This document shows positions 17,343-24,000 of a DNA stretch of 24,000 nt, piece by piece. This DNA is from Hyphomicrobiales bacterium (lineage in GTDB: Bacteria; Pseudomonadota; Alphaproteobacteria; Rhizobiales; WTKA01). The DNA lies in assembly GCA_011524605.1 (NCBI GenBank), contig WTKA01000098.1:1-24000 (forward strand), read 5' to 3'. How positions within the stretch are numbered: the stretch's first letter is position 1; each line of letters opens with the position of its first letter. The position numbers and the translations under genes are program-made. The notes beneath the pieces were generated by a model. That model did no database searches. It saw only the letters and a list, made by a program, of their open reading frames with translations, and was not told where the DNA came from.

Positions 17343-20282
17343 TTATTTTTTCAAATTATCCTTTAAAGCTTGTAAAACTGCAAAAGGAGAATCTGGGTCC
17401 GCTACTTTCTGCTTACTCTGGTGAGAATAATTGCCACCTTGCTTATGCTTTTGATTGCGATGTTTATTATTCTTACCTTTTTTATGCCTTGGCTCACCGC
17501 CATCTTCATCACGGCGAGATTTTGCATATTTTTGGTCAAAGGCTTTTTTACCGCCCGTCGTATTTTGACTATTATTGTCTGCATCATTACGCTTTGAATG
17601 GCGCTGCTGATTGTGCGCTCTTTTGATATTAGGTCGCCAAATCTCTAACACAATCTCTTCTGCAACCGCTTCATTATCTTTAGCTTCTTCGCTTACAGCT
17701 TCTGCAGCCGGTTTTTCTTCACTCACAGCTGTAGGCGCTTCAGAAGCAGTTGTTTTATCAGTTTCTGAATTATCGGTGCCTGCCTCAGTATTTTCTACTT
17801 TTAATGCATTCTTCTCTTGCCATTGAGACCAGTCTTCAGCTGTCATCTTTTTGCTATCAACACGATAGCCTAGGTCTTTTAAAACCTCTTTCATGTCATC
17901 ATTATTACAACCAAGTAATGAGATCATATCTTGCGTAATGAAAAAGCCGAGCTGTTCATAAGCACCCTCAGGGCGCCCACCTTCATCACCAACATTCCAA
18001 GCAACAAGAGGGCGAATAAGCTCTCCTAGACGTTCTAAAATATCGACACGAACAGCGCGTCCCTTTACAATCCGGTAGCCAACCAAAGGAAGTAAAGCAA
18101 TCAACTTTTCCCCTTGAGGCATAAATGAGGTGCGTCCTAACCGCATTGCTGTTATTGCATCAGGTAAGGCAGGCAACAAGGACATATCATTTTTAATGAT
18201 CCACAACAGCGCTAATAGGCGGCGTGGTGCTGGCTTCATCATGCGCGGCGTGAACAAAGAGTAAGCGCCAAAGCGAATACCGAGCTTGCGTAATTTTGCG
18301 CGCTCATCTTGGCTAAGCTGCTTCACATCTTCCGCACAATCTTGTCGATTTAAAATACCTATATTTTCATACAGGCGAAAAGCAATGCCACGACCAATGC
18401 CAGTGACATCCTCCGCATCACGAATTTTGATCAAATCAGATATATGCGCTTCAAAATAGTTTTGAAGCCAAGCCTGAACACGCTCTCTAACCATATCAAG
18501 ATATTTGCCAGTAAGCTGCTCATCGGCAATAATTTTAATCTCAGGACTTAATAAATCAGCGCCTGCGCTTAATCTAGCAACAGCAACATCACGCCATAAG
18601 ATTTGCAAATCATCGGTAAGACGCAATACATCATCGCCACCTTTTGAAAAACGCTCAGCTCTTTGCTCTATCTCACGTGCTAAAACTTGCTGCGCTGCAT
18701 TGCGTAATGTTTTCGCCTCAGAACCAGCGGCACTTGGGTCTGGAATAAACTGAAAACCCTTAACATGCCCCACATGCTGGCCTTCAACAGCGATTTCGCC
18801 TTGCTCATCAATATTTGCATCAATATTGCTTGTCGTCTTTAATTTATTCATCAATACACTAGTTCTTTTATCTACAAATCTTTCCTGCAATTTAGCATGC
18901 AACGCATCTGACAGCCTATCTTCAACTTCGCTTGTTGTACCACGCCATTGTTGTGGATCAGCCAACCAACCATCGCGATACGCAATATATTTCCAAGTTC
19001 TAATATAAGCAACACGCTGGGAAAGGGTATCAATATCACCATCCGCAAAATCACAATATTTAACTTGCTCTGCGAACCAGTCTTCTTGTACAACACCATG
19101 CTTACTGAGAGAGCTAAATAAATGGGCAATAAGTTCAGTATGACTAGCAGGTGATATTTTTCTATAATCAGGGAGCTGACAAATATCCCATAGACGCATC
19201 ACATCTTGAGAAGATCCCAAATAATTTGTAATATTTTCATCATCAGACAAGCTTTCAAGAGCAACGAAATCAGCCCCTCCCGGCGTCCGTGTCAACAAAA
19301 TATTATCCGAAGGCAATGTTAAAGAATGCTTTAAGGCGCTAAGCGTTGAAAAATCTAAATTGATGTTGCGCCATTGGGCTACTTTAATCGGTTCAAAGCT
19401 ATGGCTCTCAATGCGTTCAACAACGGCTGGATCTAAACTATCAGCATTGCCAGTCACACCAAAGCTGCCGTCTTTTTTATACCGCCCTGCCCTACCTGCG
19501 ATTTGTGCAAGCTCTGCTGGGTTTAGATCACGGAATTGAAAGCCATCAAATTTACTTGTTGAAGAAAAAGCAACATGATCAAGATCAAGGTTTAACCCCA
19601 TGCCGATTGCATCTGTCGCAATCATGAAATCGACGTCACCATTTTGGAACATTTCAACCTGAGCATTGCGTGTGCGTGGGCTCAAAGCCCCAAGCACGAC
19701 AGCGGTCCCGCCCTTTTGTCTTTTGACCAATTCGGCAATTTCATAAACATTATTGGCTGAAAATGAAACAATAGCAGAGCGAGAAGGTAGCCTCGTTATT
19801 TTTTTTTGCCCCGTATAGGAAAGAACTGACAAGCGTGGGCGTGTGATTATATTAATGCCCGGCAAAAGTTGCTCAAGCAGTGGACGCATCGTTTCAGCAC
19901 CAAGCAGCAATGTTTCAAACTGCCCTCTTTGATGCAACAAGCGCTGCGTGAAGATGTGACCGCGCTCAAAGTCATTCACGAGCTGGATTTCATCAATCGC
20001 AACAAAATCAACATCAATGTCTTGCGGCATTGCTTCAACGGTACAAACCCAATATTGTGTTTTTTCAGGCTTTATTTTTTCTTCACCTGTAATCAGTGCA
20101 ACTTTGTCAGCGCCAACCTTTGCTACGACTTTGTCATAGATTTCTCGCGCTAAAAGCCTAAGCGGCAGACCTATGATAGCTGTTTTATTCGCTAACATAC
20201 GCTCTACAGCGAGGTGAGTTTTACCAGTATTTGTTGATCCGAGAACGGCGGTTACGCCGTTCACTCTAGCTTGTGTTGTCAT
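17343..20282 (-). CDS. Suv3-like superfamily-2 ATP-dependent helicase with a long low-complexity C-terminal tail
   Basis: Walker A GSTNTGKTH, AIDEIQ (DExH-type) box, motif VI QIAGRAGR. The C-terminal ~190 aa are acidic/Ala-rich and then Lys/Arg/His/Asn-rich, ending DPDSPFAVLQALK. Confidence 0.8.
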   Translation of the reverse strand: MTTQARVNGVTAVLGSTNTGKTHLAVERMLANKTAIIGLPLRLLAREIYDKVVAKVGADKVALITGEEKIKPEKTQYWVCTVEAMPQDIDVDFVAIDEIQLVNDFERGHIFTQRLLHQRGQFETLLLGAETMRPLLEQLLPGINIITRPRLSVLSYTGQKKITRLPSRSAIVSFSANNVYEIAELVKRQKGGTAVVLGALSPRTRNAQVEMFQNGDVDFMIATDAIGMGLNLDLDHVAFSSTSKFDGFQFRDLNPAELAQIAGRAGRYKKDGSFGVTGNADSLDPAVVERIESHSFEPIKVAQWRNINLDFSTLSALKHSLTLPSDNILLTRTPGGADFVALESLSDDENITNYLGSSQDVMRLWDICQLPDYRKISPASHTELIAHLFSSLSKHGVVQEDWFAEQVKYCDFADGDIDTLSQRVAYIRTWKYIAYRDGWLADPQQWRGTTSEVEDRLSDALHAKLQERFVDKRTSVLMNKLKTTSNIDANIDEQGEIAVEGQHVGHVKGFQFIPDPSAAGSEAKTLRNAAQQVLAREIEQRAERFSKGGDDVLRLTDDLQILWRDVAVARLSAGADLLSPEIKIIADEQLTGKYLDMVRERVQAWLQNYFEAHISDLIKIRDAEDVTGIGRGIAFRLYENIGILNRQDCAEDVKQLSQDERAKLRKLGIRFGAYSLFTPRMMKPAPRRLLALLWIIKNDMSLLPALPDAITAMRLGRTSFMPQGEKLIALLPLVGYRIVKGRAVRVDILERLGELIRPLVAWNVGDEGGRPEGAYEQLGFFITQDMISLLGCNNDDMKEVLKDLGYRVDSKKMTAEDWSQWQEKNALKVENTEAGTDNSETDKTTASEAPTAVSEEKPAAEAVSEEAKDNEAVAEEIVLEIWRPNIKRAHNQQRHSKRNDADNNSQNTTGGKKAFDQKYAKSRRDEDGGEPRHKKGKNNKHRNQKHKQGGNYSHQSKQKVADPDSPFAVLQALKDNLKK

Positions 20283-20678
20283 TTAAAATAACCAATATGT
20301 TTATGCCAATACTTTCACAAAAAAGGATCAGCTATGTGCTTGTAAAGTTATAACTATGTATAAATGCATCTTAATGCCATGTTTTATAAAAAAGGCAACT
20401 TTTCATTTTGAAAAATGCATTGATTTTGCCTAAAAAATACGTTTTTTTCTTTATTTAAGGCTGGTTGATGACAAAGATATGTCAAAATATAAAAACAATG
20501 ACGTTGACATCATTATAAAATTGGTTTTATTTGCTAACATCATATAGTCGTAGAATGCTATATAAAAGCTGAAATTCAGAAAAAGCGACCTAAATTGAAA
20601 CAATTTATTCAACTCTCCTGAATTGAATTAAGATTTAGAACAAAAGAGAACAAATCAGCGCCGAATCAGGATTTAATA

Positions 20679-20687
20679 TTATCCACA
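20679..20687. promoter_or_regulatory. Isolated consensus DnaA box TTATCCACA
   Basis: Exact 9-mer match to the E. coli-type consensus, read directly from the sequence. I found no second box with 2 or fewer mismatches in the spacer. Confidence 0.3.
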
Positions 20688-21129
20688 TCACTTGAAAACT
20701 GTCACAAAACAGCTGGCTGTCTCTTAGATTAACAAATAGTACATTTAGTGAACAAAAGGCAGTCGAATCGACAATTGTTTATTTTTCTCAATAAAATTAA
20801 TAAGATAATTTACAAGATATTCGCTGCGTATAATCAAAAACTTGTTTTCAAGATGACATAATTAACAAATTGTATCAAATTAATACAAGTTTTATTTTGT
20901 AATGACAAATAGACAATCATGACTGCTAAGAAATTTTCTCATCAAATAATGAGCTGATCTATTCAATTTATTAAACAAAATACTATCAATAAGTTAATAG
21001 CGAAAATATCATAAATTTATACGCTAATCTAAAGGGTGGAGAAAATAAGCTTCTTCAACGTCGTAAAGCCTGAACAGACCCTACACCACCTATTTTCATT
21101 TGATCATCTATGAAAAGCTTTCAATTTTA

Positions 21130-21169
21130 ATATCACAAAATCAAAGGGCGCATAAATTATGCGCCCTTT
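21130..21169 (-). terminator. Rho-independent terminator of the TPR gene; possibly bidirectional
   Basis: Perfect 11-bp stem AAAGGGCGCAT (21143-21153) / ATGCGCCCTTT (21159-21169) with a 5-nt loop. On the minus strand it is followed by GATTTTGTGATATT. It lies 38 nt past the stop at 21207. Confidence 0.8.
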
Positions 21170-21206
21170 AAGTTATTATATAATATCAGGATGAATATGA
21201 TAGGAA

Positions 21207-24000
21207 TTACCCATCAATCTCTTTGATGAAATCTGCATCAGATAAAGCGACATCTAACCGATCAAAGCGCGCTCTATATTCTGTTAAAAATTCGTCAAGC
21301 GTATCAATACCAGTTAGTCTCTCCGTAAGCGCTTGGGCTTCTAGCGTATCCATACCATTACTTGCAGTAATGAGATTGAATGAAGCTGCATCAGGCCCTT
21401 GAGACATTTTTTGTAAATATCGATCACGCAAACGATCAAGGCCAATCAAATCCCCTGCAAGGGCATAAGAGATAGAGGCACGTAAAATATTTAATCTTTC
21501 AGTGCTTGTAAGCTGACGAGGTTGTAAATCTGCATTACCAACAAGGAATTCATATTGCTCCCCTGCTCGCTGCCAACTTTGATCACGCCAGTAAATTTCC
21601 GCTCTAAGCTTACGCGCTGCATTCTCGTCACGTCTATTTAATATTTCAAGTGCAAGCTCTGTACGGCCTGTTTCAGCTAAAGCACGCGCTTGAATAAATA
21701 CACGTTGCATAACAACTAGGTTTGGCAGATTTGCAAGCTCAGTTTGATCAAGCGTTCTTAATGCCTGGGCTGGCTTGCCATCCATTAAATATACCATAGC
21801 AAGTTTTGCAGCGACATGAGAGCGTGCCACACCGCGCAAACGATGAGAGACTTGGTGTTGTAAAAGCTCCGCTGCTTGGTCTAAAAGATCTAAATCAATT
21901 AGCTTGTCTGCTAAAACTCTAACAATATCATCACCAGAACGTCCTGTTGGCGTTAATTCACGGAAATCATAATAAAGAGCCAAAGCCTCAACAGGATCTA
22001 CATCCTCAGCTCTATTTTTAACAAAAAAGTCAATGAATGCTTGCTGCATGTCAAGCTGAACACGACGCAATTCAGGGTCATCATAATTGCCTAATAGAGC
22101 TGATTTCGTAACCTCAAAAGCACCACGATATTCTTTTTCCTTAATCATAAGGCTAGAAAGCATGTCAACGACGTTTAATTCATGCTTATCACCACGCCAA
22201 TTCATTTGATTGCTTAAAAGGCGTTTAATCGCCTGCTTTGGCTGAATGCCGCCCGCTTCAAGGCCAAGCTCCACAGCTCTCAAATCTGCTCTTGACCAGA
22301 TCAAGCTATTATCCTCTGCTTGATCCAATACTTTTGCATAATTTTCTAAAGCACTGGAAATGTCTCCCAAACCTAGCGCTAGCTCTCCTTGATAATAGTT
22401 ATATTCAGCAAGCTGGTCTGCGGATAATTCTGCTAGATTAATCTCATTTAACATACGCGCTGCAGCGTCATAATCACCTGATTGCAACATAATATCAGCA
22501 TAGGTTAAGCGCATCTTTGTCTGCATATCAAGCGGATAATCAGAAATCGTATTGCCACCTTTGATAAGATTAAGGCGTGCATCCCCAATATTATTGAGCT
22601 TTGCGTACATAAAACCACGCCATAGAGCAATATCTGCATCTTGATCATATTGTGGTAAAAGCAAATCTTCTCTCGAACGTTTTATGTAATTTGCTTCAAC
22701 GGCAGCCATGCCACGCATTGCTCTGAATATGCTAAAGTCAGAAAGACTAGGATTTTCCGAAAAAGCAACATCCAAAACACCTAATGCTTCATGGGCAAGG
22801 CCATGGCTTAGATAATATTGAGCAAGCTGCATGCGCGCATTTGATTTATCCACTTCACTAGCAGCAAAAATAGCTCCCTGATATTCCCGCTCTCTGGGGT
22901 AAAAATAAGCTTTATCCTCATTTTCCCAAAGACGTAAATTCACAAAACCAGGGCGCATCGGATCTGCGAGCAAATAATTTGCCAAGCTACTATCTGTTGC
23001 TTCAAGCGGGGCAAGTTTTAGCCCACCTGGTCGAGAAATAATAATTTGACCTTGGTTATTTTTCTCAACAATCAGATCATCCGCTTTAGCAATGATGCCT
23101 AGACCATTACCTGTTGGCATTGCCTCAAGCTCCACAAAGCTCTCTGTGCGCAATGTGCCAGAGCGCGGGGTTAGTGCTGTTACAGCTGCAATAACATCCC
23201 CATGCGTTTCATCATTGAGCCAATGAACATTACCCGCTTGTGGATAATCAACACGTAAGAAAGAAAAATCTGAACGAATTTCTCGATTTAAGAAGAGGGG
23301 CTGAGGGGGCGTATAGTCAAGCTCAGATAAGCTTACGCGCCATACATTCCCATCAAGTTCAGCAGTTACAAGATAAGGGTTATTTAATCTTGCTTGGATG
23401 ACTTGGCGGTTTTCAGATTGCTGCACAGCGACACCGAAAAGATCAGAACCTACATATTCAGTAATAGCACCTGTGTCTATAGAACGGTCTGTGTCCATAA
23501 CAATCCAAAGAATATCACCTCTTTTAAAGGCAGCGATAGGTGTTGGGTCTGAGAAGGGTAGATAGAGATCTAAGCCATTTGCATTTTTATCACCAACAAT
23601 TTTCACAGGGCCTTGGCGTGAGACTTCTAATCCTTTAAATTTTCGATGCGCTGGAATAACTTCCTTTTCACTATCATATAAATTTTGCGCCTGATTATTA
23701 GATACAGGAGAAAGCGCCGCTAGATTTTGCTGATTATTATTTTGACTATCTAATTCAGTCCGTCTTTTTGGCAGTCTTAAACCTTCATAGCCTGATATAT
23801 TAAATCTTGCACTATTGTCACCAACGGCTTGTTGTGAAGATAGCTCAGATTGTGGCTTCAACAATGCATTATCATCAGACTGAGCGAAAGCTAATTCTGT
23901 GCTTGGTTGCTCTAATTCTACAGCATTTGCAATTTCATTTTCTAACTTAGGCGGCAACTGATTTTGACTAAAAAGCTGTGTTGACTCATTATTGTCTGTA
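21207..24000 (-). CDS. Large protein with N-terminal beta-rich (AMIN-like) domains and a C-terminal TPR array; function unknown; 5' end probably outside the window
   Basis: The track start at 23957 is TTG, and the frame stays open to base 24000 (TDNNESTQLFSQNQ upstream). No signal peptide or TM segment is visible in the N-terminal part. Two beta-rich modules are present (LDLYLPFSDPTPIAAFKRGDILWIVMDT...WRVSL; FLRVDYPQAGNVHWL...IIISRPGG), followed by about 550 aa of TPR-like helical repeats. Confidence 0.7.
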   Translation of the reverse strand, partial: TDNNESTQLFSQNQLPPKLENEIANAVELEQPSTELAFAQSDDNALLKPQSELSSQQAVGDNSARFNISGYEGLRLPKRRTELDSQNNNQQNLAALSPVSNNQAQNLYDSEKEVIPAHRKFKGLEVSRQGPVKIVGDKNANGLDLYLPFSDPTPIAAFKRGDILWIVMDTDRSIDTGAITEYVGSDLFGVAVQQSENRQVIQARLNNPYLVTAELDGNVWRVSLSELDYTPPQPLFLNREIRSDFSFLRVDYPQAGNVHWLNDETHGDVIAAVTALTPRSGTLRTESFVELEAMPTGNGLGIIAKADDLIVEKNNQGQIIISRPGGLKLAPLEATDSSLANYLLADPMRPGFVNLRLWENEDKAYFYPREREYQGAIFAASEVDKSNARMQLAQYYLSHGLAHEALGVLDVAFSENPSLSDFSIFRAMRGMAAVEANYIKRSREDLLLPQYDQDADIALWRGFMYAKLNNIGDARLNLIKGGNTISDYPLDMQTKMRLTYADIMLQSGDYDAAARMLNEINLAELSADQLAEYNYYQGELALGLGDISSALENYAKVLDQAEDNSLIWSRADLRAVELGLEAGGIQPKQAIKRLLSNQMNWRGDKHELNVVDMLSSLMIKEKEYRGAFEVTKSALLGNYDDPELRRVQLDMQQAFIDFFVKNRAEDVDPVEALALYYDFRELTPTGRSGDDIVRVLADKLIDLDLLDQAAELLQHQVSHRLRGVARSHVAAKLAMVYLMDGKPAQALRTLDQTELANLPNLVVMQRVFIQARALAETGRTELALEILNRRDENAARKLRAEIYWRDQSWQRAGEQYEFLVGNADLQPRQLTSTERLNILRASISYALAGDLIGLDRLRDRYLQKMSQGPDAASFNLITASNGMDTLEAQALTERLTGIDTLDEFLTEYRARFDRLDVALSDADFIKEIDG

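Noticed and set aside
20479-20547. Small ORFs in the spacer, e.g. the 22-aa MSKYKNNDVDIIIKLVLFANII, the 25-aa MYKCILMPCFIKKATFHFEKCIDFA and the 16-aa MTKICQNIKTMTLTSL
   Set aside because: Most lack a convincing Shine-Dalgarno sequence (only the 16-aa ORF has an AAGG 7 nt upstream of its ATG), none shows a recognisable toxin-like transmembrane profile, and ORFs of this length are expected by chance in AT-rich DNA.
20283-21206. The possibility that the AT-rich spacer with TTATCCACA is the chromosomal replication origin
   Set aside because: There is only one DnaA box, with no second box at 2 or fewer mismatches. There are only two GANTC sites, roughly chance level. I saw no TTAA-N7-TTAA CtrA sites. 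The flanking genes are not the hemE-type context known for alphaproteobacterial oriC. One 9-mer hit in 48 kb of two-strand AT-rich sequence is not far above chance.
1-24000. Search for a defence island, mobile element, CRISPR array, prophage remnant, toxin-antitoxin pair or tRNA/rRNA gene
   Set aside because: I recognised no transposase, integrase, recombinase or nuclease-NTPase pairing. I saw no spaced direct-repeat array, no tRNA-like T-arm sequences and no terminal inverted repeats. Nearly every ORF of 190 aa or more has a housekeeping assignment. The exceptions are the TPR, Sel1-repeat and ZauP-like proteins.

Overview
This looks like a core chromosomal segment from a low-GC alphaproteobacterium; gene order resembles Hyphomicrobiales/Rhizobiales, and no species call is made. 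Nearly all of it is housekeeping. On the minus strand, from the left edge: suhB (runs off the edge, absent from the ORF track), efp, a secreted Sel1-repeat protein, a TenI/ThiE-like protein, and fba-pgk-gap-tkt. A plus-strand block follows: a DUF4164/ZauP-like coiled-coil protein, zapA, an unannotated 6S RNA (ssrS), 5-formyl-THF cyclo-ligase (ygfA) and a YmdB-like phosphoesterase. After that come a TrmH/RlmB-like methyltransferase, a Rieske oxygenase alpha subunit, argC, glpD, a glutaredoxin-MauE fusion and a 979-aa Suv3-like helicase. The window ends with a 924-bp ORF-free AT-rich spacer and a large beta-domain plus TPR protein whose 5' end runs off the right edge. I found no transposase, integrase, CRISPR, tRNA, rRNA, toxin-antitoxin pair or recognisable defence gene. 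I cannot honestly point to a new multi-gene system. The best leads are modest: the 6S RNA, a 12 x 21-bp Asn-core heptad array in the ZauP-like protein, the unexplained spacer with one consensus DnaA box, and the uncharacterised TPR protein. Several ORF-track starts are TTG/GTG over-extensions and are trimmed here.
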